Shown here: positions 9,458 through 17,804 of the stretch, piece by piece
How the letters are laid out: every line of letters starts with the position of its first letter
How positions within the stretch are numbered: the stretch's first letter is position 1
Assembly (NCBI GenBank): GCA_964649895.1
Contig: CAZYRX010000004.1
Span: 3,986-67,985 of the forward strand
Source of the DNA: an uncultured Halanaerobium sp.
GTDB taxonomy: Bacteria; Bacillota; Halanaerobiia; Halanaerobiales; Halanaerobiaceae
DNA: 64,000 bases
Direction of reading: 5' to 3'
Translations under genes and position numbers: made by a program
The notes under the pieces: generated by a model
Databases searched by the model: none
What the model was told of the DNA's origin: nothing
Seen by the model: the letters and a program-made list of their open reading frames with translations, nothing else

Positions 9458-10624
9458 ATGCGTAATTTTGTTTATCACAACACAACTAAAATTGTATTTG
9501 GAAAAGGTACTGAAGAAGAAGTTGGAGAATATACGTCAAAACATGGCTCAAAGGTACTTCTTCATTATGGGGGAGGAAGTATCAAAAAATACGGAACATA
9601 TGATAAGGTTGTCAAATCATTAAATGAAGCGGGGATTGAATTTGTAGAGCTCGGTGGAGTAAAGCCTAATCCAAGACTTGATCTTGTAAAGGAAGGTATA
9701 GAGTTAGCTGCAGAAGAAGATGTTGATTTTATATTAGCAGTTGGTGGTGGGAGTGTTATAGACTCTGCAAAGGCGATTGCTGCTGGTCATTATTATGATG
9801 GTGATGTTTGGGACTTTTATGAAGGTAAAGAAAAAGTCAAAAAAGCACTTCCGGTCGGAGTTGTGCTGACAATTCCGGCTGCTGGAAGCGAATCAAGTAT
9901 AGGCAGTGTTATTACTAAGAGTGAAGGGCAATTAAAAAGAGCTGTCAATACCAATATAATTAGACCTAAATTTGCTATTATGAATCCGGAGCTCACATTT
10001 ACACTGCCAGACTATCAGACTGCAGCAGGAGCTGTAGATATCATGGCCCATATTATGGAAAGATATTTTACAAATGTAGAAAACGTTGAATTAACAGATC
10101 GATTATGCGAGTCTGCTTTAAAAACTATTATTACAAATACTCCAAAGGTTCTCGAAGACAATGAAGATTATGATGCAAGAGCAGAGATAATGTGGACCGG
10201 AAGTATTGCCCATAATAACCTGCTGGACACTGGACGTATAGGTGACTGGGCATCTCATGGGATTGAACATGAGTTGAGCGGAATATATGATGTTGCCCAT
10301 GGTGCTGGTTTAGCTGTTATTTTTCCAGCCTGGATGGATTATGTATATCAGCATGATCTTGAAAGATTCGCCCAATTTGCAGTAAGAGTCTGGGATGTAG
10401 ATCCTGATTTTAAAAACCTGGAATGGACTGCTAAACAGGGGATTAAGAAACTCAGAGAGTTTTTTGCTTCTATTGGCATGCCTCTAACTTTAGAGGAACT
10501 TGATATTCCGGCTGATAGACTTGAAGAGATGGCAGAAAAAGCAGTTCAAAATGGTCCTCAGGGTAATTTTGTGAAGTTAGATAAAGAAGATGTATTGAAT
10601 ATTTATAAAAGCATTTTAGAGTAA
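9458..10624 (+). CDS. Iron-containing alcohol dehydrogenase (BdhA/YqhD-type)
   Basis: GGGSIKK, GGVKPNP, AVGGGSVIDSAK, DIMAHIMERY, H..EHELS, HGAGL. Confidence 0.92.
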   Translation: MRNFVYHNTTKIVFGKGTEEEVGEYTSKHGSKVLLHYGGGSIKKYGTYDKVVKSLNEAGIEFVELGGVKPNPRLDLVKEGIELAAEEDVDFILAVGGGSVIDSAKAIAAGHYYDGDVWDFYEGKEKVKKALPVGVVLTIPAAGSESSIGSVITKSEGQLKRAVNTNIIRPKFAIMNPELTFTLPDYQTAAGAVDIMAHIMERYFTNVENVELTDRLCESALKTIITNTPKVLEDNEDYDARAEIMWTGSIAHNNLLDTGRIGDWASHGIEHELSGIYDVAHGAGLAVIFPAWMDYVYQHDLERFAQFAVRVWDVDPDFKNLEWTAKQGIKKLREFFASIGMPLTLEELDIPADRLEEMAEKAVQNGPQGNFVKLDKEDVLNIYKSILE

Positions 10625-10673
10625 GCTGAAGAACTGTTTTATTAGATTTTCGACCTAACTCGGGGGTGTTTAA

Positions 10674-11180
10674 ATGCTGCAGAAAATAACTGCCTTTGTT
10701 TTTTTGCTTAGTGTCTGGATAATTTTTTCAGGCAAGATATCGGTAGATGTATTAATAATAGGAAGTGCAGCATCTTTAATAGTAACTTTATTTTTTAGTG
10801 ATATGCTGTTCAGGGAAGTTCATCAAAAACTTCCCTGGTATCATTATCTGCGCAAGTTTGCCTTATTATTATTATTTGTACCAGTGTTTTTTTACGAAGC
10901 TGTAAGTGCTGCTTTAAATGTATCTAAACATGCTTTTGAAAAAGAACATTCTTTTAATCCTGGGATCGTTAAAGTTAAAACAGAATTAACAGATGTGACA
11001 GGACTGACTTTGTTGGCAAATTTAATCACTTTAACTCCAGGAACATTGACTCTTGATTATGACAGAGTAGAAAAAGCATATTATATTCACTGGATTGATG
11101 TTCAAACCTTAGAAGAAGCTGAAATGAAAAAAAAGATTATTGCCCGTTTTGAGAGATGGATTGGAGTGATTTTCAGATGA
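10674..11180 (+). CDS. mrpE: Mrp/Mnh Na+/H+ antiporter subunit E
   Basis: PGIV...LANLITLTPGTL...YIHWI. Confidence 0.9.
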   Translation: MLQKITAFVFLLSVWIIFSGKISVDVLIIGSAASLIVTLFFSDMLFREVHQKLPWYHYLRKFALLLLFVPVFFYEAVSAALNVSKHAFEKEHSFNPGIVKVKTELTDVTGLTLLANLITLTPGTLTLDYDRVEKAYYIHWIDVQTLEEAEMKKKIIARFERWIGVIFR

Positions 11181-11434
11181 TCATCGGACTTGCTATATTT
11201 TTTACCGTACTATCAATAATTGTATCCTACCGGGTGATTGTGGGACCTACTATTACAGATAGATTGATTGGAGCAGATACAATAGGTATATTTATGTCTA
11301 TTGTAATGCTGATGATCGCTCTGCACTATGATCTTTATCTGTTGATCGATATTGTTTTAGCCTATGCAGTACTGCTTTTTATTGATATGTTAATTTATGC
11401 TAAGTACTTTGAACATGGGGAGCTGTATAGATGA
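11177..11434 (+). CDS. mrpF: Mrp subunit F
   Basis: YRVIVGPTITDRLIGAD; ATGA overlap with the mrpE stop. Confidence 0.88.
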   Translation: MIIGLAIFFTVLSIIVSYRVIVGPTITDRLIGADTIGIFMSIVMLMIALHYDLYLLIDIVLAYAVLLFIDMLIYAKYFEHGELYR

Positions 11435-11787
11435 TGACTCTGCGATTAATTATTTCTTATTTTCTAATGTTTACAGGAGCATTTTTTGCACTAGTTACAG
11501 TACTTGGCCTTTTAAGATTTCCGGATGTATATACAAGAATTCATGCAGGTGCTGTTGTTTTAACGATCTCGGGTGTTTTAATAACCCTTGGTACTGCAAT
11601 ATATATTTGGGAGTTTTTTTTGAGTGCAAAAGTTCTTTTGATAGGTATATTTTTTCTCTTCTCTAATCCAATGGCAACTCATGCGATAGCCCGTGCATCT
11701 TACAGTAGACATATTGCTCTTCCTGAAGAGTATGAAATAGATGCTTATTCTGAATATTTAGGGAGAGATAAAAATGCAGATACTTGA
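11431..11787 (+). CDS. mrpG: Mrp subunit G
   Basis: GLLRFPDVYTRIHA, NPMATHAIARA. Confidence 0.9.
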   Translation: MMTLRLIISYFLMFTGAFFALVTVLGLLRFPDVYTRIHAGAVVLTISGVLITLGTAIYIWEFFLSAKVLLIGIFFLFSNPMATHAIARASYSRHIALPEEYEIDAYSEYLGRDKNADT

Positions 11788-12016
11788 GTTTTTACTTTTA
11801 ATATTTCTAGTTCTATCTGCAGTAATGGCTGTTAGATTTGATGAAGAATTGATTTCTATTATATTTTTGTCTATATTCTCTCTAATTTTAACAGCACTTT
11901 ATATGCTTTATAAAGCTGCAGATGTTGCACTTGCAGAAGCAGTTATTGGAGCAGGATTAAATACAGCAATTTTCATGAGTGCTATCAGTCAGATCAGACA
12001 TGGTGATTCCGACTGA
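11774..12016 (+). CDS. Small Mrp subunit (DUF4040/MbhD-like)
   Basis: AADVALAEAVIGAG motif, three hydrophobic segments. Confidence 0.85.
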   Translation: MQILEFLLLIFLVLSAVMAVRFDEELISIIFLSIFSLILTALYMLYKAADVALAEAVIGAGLNTAIFMSAISQIRHGDSD

Positions 12017-12040
12017 AAGATCAGCTGGAGGTGAATAACT

Positions 12041-12760
12041 TTGCATAAGAATTTTAAAAAAATAGCGGCAGTTGTTGTTTTTATTTTAATGGGCATAGCT
12101 TTTTATGAAAACTTTCAGTTGATGCCAGCTTACAAAGGCCTTGGAGAAGGAGTGTCTAATTATATAATCCACAATGGTTTATATGATACAGGCTCGCTCA
12201 ATCTAATAACAGCTGTTCTTTATGATTATAGAGCCTTTGACTCACTTGGAGAAAGTACAGTTATTTTTGGTGCGGTTAGTGGTATTGTTTTGATTTTATC
12301 TAGAAAAATGCTGCCGGTGTCTTCAAGAGGTCTTTCTTTTATAGTAAAAAGAACACTTGGAATTATTACACCTTTTATTGCTTTGTTTAGTATTTATGTT
12401 ATTACACATGGACATCTTACACCAGGCGGTGGTTTTCAGGGGGGAGTAATTTTTGCAGCGATTTCTATAATCTTTAGTATTGTTTATGGTAGTGCTTTTG
12501 ATTATAGGCGCTATAGTCCTCAGATGAAAACTGCTTTTGAGACTATGGGTGCATTAACATTTTTAGGTCTTGGAATTGCAGGGATTTTTATGGAAGGTTA
12601 TTTTTTGCATAATCTCGGATTCCTAACAGCAGAAAGAGGCACATTAATATCTGCCGGCAGTATACCCTATATAAATATGGGTGTAGGCCTAAAAGTTGGA
12701 GCTGGTCTTGCAATAATCTTTTACAGTATGATTCAAAAGACTTTTAAGGAGGAGATATAA
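12041..12760 (+). CDS. mrpB: Mrp subunit B
   Basis: NLITAVLYDYRAFDSLGE, HGHLTPGGGFQGG. Confidence 0.9.
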   Translation: MHKNFKKIAAVVVFILMGIAFYENFQLMPAYKGLGEGVSNYIIHNGLYDTGSLNLITAVLYDYRAFDSLGESTVIFGAVSGIVLILSRKMLPVSSRGLSFIVKRTLGIITPFIALFSIYVITHGHLTPGGGFQGGVIFAAISIIFSIVYGSAFDYRRYSPQMKTAFETMGALTFLGLGIAGIFMEGYFLHNLGFLTAERGTLISAGSIPYINMGVGLKVGAGLAIIFYSMIQKTFKEEI

Positions 12761-13096
12761 ATGTTTATTAATGCAGTATTTATCATCCTCTTTTTACTGG
12801 GTTTTTTTGCTCTTATTGTAAAAAAGAATTTGATTAAAATGGTAATAGGATTAAATCTTATGGAGGCTGCTGTTTTTTTCTGGGTTATTTCTTTTTCTGA
12901 TATTGGTGGAGAGGTTGCAATTCATAAAATGAATGAGACCACTGTCAATTTTAATGATCCTGTCCCTCAGGCTCTAACATTGACAGGAATTGTAATCGGT
13001 GCAAGTACTGCAGCATTACTTTTAACCTTAATTATCGAGTTAAACAAATTTACTGATACTATAGATAGAGATGAGATAGAGGGGTTGAATAATTGA
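12761..13096 (+). CDS. mrpC: Mrp subunit C
   Basis: NLIKMVIGL, DPVPQALTLTGIVIG. Confidence 0.9.
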   Translation: MFINAVFIILFLLGFFALIVKKNLIKMVIGLNLMEAAVFFWVISFSDIGGEVAIHKMNETTVNFNDPVPQALTLTGIVIGASTAALLLTLIIELNKFTDTIDRDEIEGLNN

Positions 13097-14637
13097 TGAG
13101 CTGGATGAATATAGAATTAAATTTACTTGTACTTCTGCCCGCATTTTCAGCTCCCATAATTTTAATTTTAGATCGCATAAATGAAAAACTGCGTAAAATA
13201 TTTGTTATTTTAAGTGCAGGATTAGGAATGTTTTTTGTAACTGCTTTATTTGCAGCCAATTTTACTGACATTAAAAATAGTGATTTTTTTCTTCAGTATA
13301 GCTTTGATTATTTAGGTGGTCCATTTGTAATAAATTTCAGCATGGATAATTTAAGTCTTTTTTTCTCTCTTTTAATTTCATTGGCTGTATTTTTAATCAT
13401 AATTTATTCCACAAGCTACATAGAATATAATGAGGCCAAATACTATGCTCTCTTTTTTTTAGTTGCTGCTTCTATTCAGGGAAGTGTGCTTACATCAGAT
13501 TTGTTTACAATGTATTTATTTATTGAGGGGATTACAGTATTTACAACACCTCTTATTTCTTTTAAAAAAACAGAAAAGACCACAAAAGCAGCAGTGCAGT
13601 ACCTCTATTATGGGATTATAGGGGGAGTATTTTTCTTTATTAGTATTATTTTGATTTATTTTAATCTTGGCACGTTAAAAATTGCAGAAACTGCGCTCGG
13701 TTTTTCTGAGATATCAGGTCCTATGCAGCTTGTAATTATTATATTTTTTCTTCTCTCATTAATTATTAAGTTAGGGATATTTCCAATTCATTTCTGGCTT
13801 CCAAAAGCTCACAGTGCATGTCCAGCACCTGTAAGTGCATTATTGTCAGGGGTGTTATTAAAAGTTTATCTATATATTTTTATGCGCATTTTTTGGACGA
13901 TGATTTCTTTTGATTATTTAGTTGAACTACATATAAGTACATTTATTATGGATTTGGCTCTTGTTTCGAGTCTGCTCGGTCACATTTTTGCTTTACAGGA
14001 AGATGATTTCAAAAAGATGCTGGCTTACTCAAGCATAGGACATATTGGAATGATTCTTGCAGTGTTGATGCTCAATAACCAGGCCGCTTTTTATGGGGCA
14101 ATGCTGCATATAGCAGCACACTTAATGATGAAGTCAGGTCTTTTTTTAAGCAGTGGTTATCTGCTTCGTACAGCGGGCTCCCATCATATAGATGAATTAG
14201 AAGGTATTGCTCACAAAAATAGAATCACTTTTGGAGCTTTTGTTATCATCTGTCTGGGCACAATTGGAATGCCTCCTCTTCTCGGTTTTGTAAGCAAATG
14301 GTATATACTGCTCGCATTTTTAGAGGGAAAGCATTTTTTTGCTGCATTGGTGACAGTTTTAGGGAGTCTGATAGCATTATTTTATTATCTTCGCTATATT
14401 TCTAAAGCTTATACTGAGGTCAGCTCTGAATTGGAAAGCGAGAGCTGGGCAGCTGATTTTGCTGAGCTTCTGCATTTTTTAAAAGGAGAGCAATTAATGA
14501 GCACTATTGTCTATGTTTTTACAGTGCTTATTATCTTTTTTGGCTTAAGTTTTCAATATTTTGATATGCCAGTAAACACAGCAATTTTTGAATTATTAAA
14601 TCCTCAAAAATATATAGACCTCGTCTTAGGAGGATGA
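13093..14637 (+). CDS. MrpD-like proton-translocating subunit (1 of 3)
   Basis: DLFTMYLFIE, KLGIFPIHFWLPKAH..PAPVSALLSG, LAYSSIGH, GFVSKW. Confidence 0.88.
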   Translation: MMSWMNIELNLLVLLPAFSAPIILILDRINEKLRKIFVILSAGLGMFFVTALFAANFTDIKNSDFFLQYSFDYLGGPFVINFSMDNLSLFFSLLISLAVFLIIIYSTSYIEYNEAKYYALFFLVAASIQGSVLTSDLFTMYLFIEGITVFTTPLISFKKTEKTTKAAVQYLYYGIIGGVFFFISIILIYFNLGTLKIAETALGFSEISGPMQLVIIIFFLLSLIIKLGIFPIHFWLPKAHSACPAPVSALLSGVLLKVYLYIFMRIFWTMISFDYLVELHISTFIMDLALVSSLLGHIFALQEDDFKKMLAYSSIGHIGMILAVLMLNNQAAFYGAMLHIAAHLMMKSGLFLSSGYLLRTAGSHHIDELEGIAHKNRITFGAFVIICLGTIGMPPLLGFVSKWYILLAFLEGKHFFAALVTVLGSLIALFYYLRYISKAYTEVSSELESESWAADFAELLHFLKGEQLMSTIVYVFTVLIIFFGLSFQYFDMPVNTAIFELLNPQKYIDLVLGG

Positions 14638-14640
14638 TTA

Positions 14641-16173
14641 ATGGATATTAAAATCTTATTACTGATTTTAGTTCCTCTTGCACTTGCGTTCTCAATTCCA
14701 CTTGTAGATTTAATTAATGCTAAATTGAGACGTTTTTTTGTACTTGTGGGGATATTGCTAGAATCGTATTTGCTTATAAAAATAATAACAGAAAATTATA
14801 CTGCTTTAACAGATGGTGACTTTTTTCTGCAGTATCATCTGGGAGGTTGGCATCCCCCATTTGGTATCAATCTTGTTATGGATAGTCTGAGTCTCTTATT
14901 TGTAAGTATTGTTACTCTGAGTCTGTTTTTAATTGTTATTTATTCTATTGGTTATGTAGGTCACCATGAAGGGAAATATTATGTTCTTTATTTTTTGATT
15001 GCAGCTGCAGCTCAGGGAGTTGTGCTGACAGGTGATATGTTTAATTTATATGTATTTATTGAGATGCTTACAATAACCTCTGGAGCTTTGATTGGTTTCA
15101 AAAGGAGCCATCCTGCCAGTGAGGCAGCTATAAAATACCTTATTTATAATATTATTGCTGGGTTATTTATTTTCATGGGTGTTTTGCTGATATATTTCAA
15201 TCTGGGGACTCTTAATATGGCAGAAATTTCTAATACCTTTTCACTGTTAGAAGATGGTGTGAAATTGTTTATTAGCTCACTCTTTATTACAGCATTGTTA
15301 ATCAAGATGGGTATTTTCCCATTTTTATTCTGGCTTCCTAAGAGTTATGATACAGCTCCTTCCCCGGTAACTGCTGTTTTATCAGGTGTGCTTTCAAAGG
15401 TGTATCTTTACATATTTATCAGATTGATCTGGACAGTTATAGGTATAGATACTTTAACTTCTTATAAACTTGATATTTTAATACTGGATATTGCTTTATT
15501 TTCTTCTTTCCTTGGCCATGTATTTGCCCTACAGTCAAATAATGTTAAAAGACTTTTGGGTTATTCAAGTATTGGCCATATTGGCATGATTCTTGCTGTG
15601 ATAATGCTAAATACAGAAGCTGGTTTTTATGGAGGCATTCTTCATATTATCAGCCACATGTTTATGAAAGCAGGACTTTTTGTTGCTCTCGGTTATTTAC
15701 TTCAGTATACAGCAACTCATCATTTTGATGATTTTCAAGGGGTAGGTATTAGAGATACCAAAGTTTTTGTAGCTTTCATTATATTAATCTTAAGCATGAT
15801 TGGTATGCCCCCACTGCTTGGATTTGCAAGTAAATGGTATATATTAATGGCTTTTCTGGAAGCACGCAGTTATTTTGGTGCATTTATTGTTATTTTTGGT
15901 AGTTTAACAGCTGTTATATATTATCTTCGTTATATAGCTAAGGGGCTAGAAGAGGTAAAATTATATAAAGGTGAATTAAGAATGGAAATTTTTAGTCGTC
16001 CTCTAATCTCTGTTTTATACAGAGAAAAAATAGTAAGTTTTATAACATATAGTTATACAGCGATTATAATTGTTTTTGGAATTGCTTTTAGATTATTAGA
16101 TATGCCTCTAAATATGGCGATTAAAAGTATTTTTGATATTGAAAAATATATTAGTTTAGTGTTGGGAGGTTAA
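14641..16173 (+). CDS. MrpD-like proton-translocating subunit (2 of 3)
   Basis: GGWHPPFGI, DMFNLYVFIE, KMGIFP..WLP, GFASKW. Confidence 0.88.
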   Translation: MDIKILLLILVPLALAFSIPLVDLINAKLRRFFVLVGILLESYLLIKIITENYTALTDGDFFLQYHLGGWHPPFGINLVMDSLSLLFVSIVTLSLFLIVIYSIGYVGHHEGKYYVLYFLIAAAAQGVVLTGDMFNLYVFIEMLTITSGALIGFKRSHPASEAAIKYLIYNIIAGLFIFMGVLLIYFNLGTLNMAEISNTFSLLEDGVKLFISSLFITALLIKMGIFPFLFWLPKSYDTAPSPVTAVLSGVLSKVYLYIFIRLIWTVIGIDTLTSYKLDILILDIALFSSFLGHVFALQSNNVKRLLGYSSIGHIGMILAVIMLNTEAGFYGGILHIISHMFMKAGLFVALGYLLQYTATHHFDDFQGVGIRDTKVFVAFIILILSMIGMPPLLGFASKWYILMAFLEARSYFGAFIVIFGSLTAVIYYLRYIAKGLEEVKLYKGELRMEIFSRPLISVLYREKIVSFITYSYTAIIIVFGIAFRLLDMPLNMAIKSIFDIEKYISLVLGG

Positions 16174-16176
16174 AGT

Positions 16177-17715
16177 ATGGACTTATTTCAGCAGTTAGCT
16201 GCTAATTTTTCTTTAGAAGGATATTTTCCACTGCTTGCAGAAGTAGGTGTTATCTTAACATTGATGACTGCCTTAGCAGCCTGGAAATACATAAAAAATA
16301 ATAAGTTCTGGTATTACCTGCTGACACTGATTTACTTAATCAGCACTATTATTATAATTTTAACAAATGACTGGTTCTTTTTTCTATTCAGCTGGGAATT
16401 AGTTACTCTTGCTACAACTTTTATGCTTGCTTGGAGTGACTGGAAGCTGGTTAGGCAGTATTTTGTTATTCAGTTCAGTGGGAGCAGTATTTTGCTTTTT
16501 GCTGCATTGGCAGCGAATGGACTTGGTTATACAGATATTACAGTTATTGAATCACTGCCCTTACAGTTTCTGTTAATTATGGGGATTGGTATGAAAAGTG
16601 GTCTCTTTTTATTTCATTTTTGGCTGCCTCCAATTCATTCGGAAGCACCATCTCCTGTAAGTGCAGTGCTTTCGGGGTGGGTTGTTAAATTAGGTTATAT
16701 TTTTCTTCTTAAAATAATACCGATGGAATCAGGTAATACTTTTTTGTTTCTTCTTGGTATGGCAATGGTTGCTTATGCAGGCTGGCAGGCTCTTGTTTCT
16801 GCCGATTTTAAAATAATGCTTGCTTATAGTACAGTTAGTCAGCTTGGTTTTATTGCTCTTGCAATAGGTACTGGCGGTGAATATACATATTTAGGGGCTG
16901 TACTTTATATAATCGCACATGGATTTGCAAAAACTACCTTATTTATTAGCACAGGGATCTGGCAGAAAGAGTTTGACAGCAGGATTATCTATGATTATAA
17001 AGATGCTCTGGCAAGAAGACCTTTTACATCAATTGCTACCATTACTGCACTTTTGTCTTTGGGAGGTTTAGTATTTACAGCAGGATATAAAAGTAAATAT
17101 CTTATCAAATCAGCTCAGAATCCAGGCTTGTTATCGACTATAGTATTTTTTGTTTTTGGACTGCTCAGCTTTTTATATGCTGCTAGAGTGATTTACTGGA
17201 TTTTTATAGATGATCAAGATTATTCAAACTTTTTTAATGATTTGAAAAAAAGAAGAAACAATTATCCGATATTCAGTACTGATTTACTTGCATTATTGAT
17301 AGGGGTTCTTGGTATTGCCTCTGTTTCTATTTGGCCTGAAATGCCTGGGCAAATACTAGAATCTCTTGTAGCAAAGGATTTTCATATTTTAAGTGGAATT
17401 AGAGATACAGTATTATTTTTATTATTAACTGCCTATATTTTTAAAAATAACCAGTTTTTCAAGGTGAAAGCAAGAGACAATCTTTCTCTAGAAAATTATT
17501 TCCAGCAGACTCTAAACTTTATATATGGCATGAGCCGTAAAAGTATAAAACTAGATACAGAGAAAATATTCGAAACATTTTTTATAGAAGCTATTTTTGC
17601 AGCTTCAAGAACTCTGCGTAAATTTATTTATCAAGATTTTACAGTACAGCTGCTCTGGATTCCTATATTTTTAACACTGCTGCTTTTTTGGCAGCAAATT
17701 TATGCTTATTTTTAA
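16177..17715 (+). CDS. MrpA/D-like proton-translocating subunit (3 of 3)
   Basis: FSWE, KSGLFLFHFWLP..HSEAPSPVSAVLSG, LAYSTVSQLG, AHGFAK. Confidence 0.82.
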   Translation: MDLFQQLAANFSLEGYFPLLAEVGVILTLMTALAAWKYIKNNKFWYYLLTLIYLISTIIIILTNDWFFFLFSWELVTLATTFMLAWSDWKLVRQYFVIQFSGSSILLFAALAANGLGYTDITVIESLPLQFLLIMGIGMKSGLFLFHFWLPPIHSEAPSPVSAVLSGWVVKLGYIFLLKIIPMESGNTFLFLLGMAMVAYAGWQALVSADFKIMLAYSTVSQLGFIALAIGTGGEYTYLGAVLYIIAHGFAKTTLFISTGIWQKEFDSRIIYDYKDALARRPFTSIATITALLSLGGLVFTAGYKSKYLIKSAQNPGLLSTIVFFVFGLLSFLYAARVIYWIFIDDQDYSNFFNDLKKRRNNYPIFSTDLLALLIGVLGIASVSIWPEMPGQILESLVAKDFHILSGIRDTVLFLLLTAYIFKNNQFFKVKARDNLSLENYFQQTLNFIYGMSRKSIKLDTEKIFETFFIEAIFAASRTLRKFIYQDFTVQLLWIPIFLTLLLFWQQIYAYF

Positions 17716-17736
17716 ACTATAAATAACTGCATAAAC

Positions 17737-17766
17737 TTGACATTTAATATTATAAGATGGTATTCT
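17737..17766 (+). promoter_or_regulatory. sigma-A promoter
   Basis: TTGACA-18-TATTCT with extended TG. Confidence 0.5.
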
Positions 17767-17804
17767 GAAGCTGAAATTTAAAGAATTGGGAAGGAGAGGT
17801 GAGG

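Noticed and set aside
10674-17715. Membrane-bound [NiFe] hydrogenase (Mbh/Ech)
   Set aside because: No catalytic or Fe-S subunits follow the membrane genes
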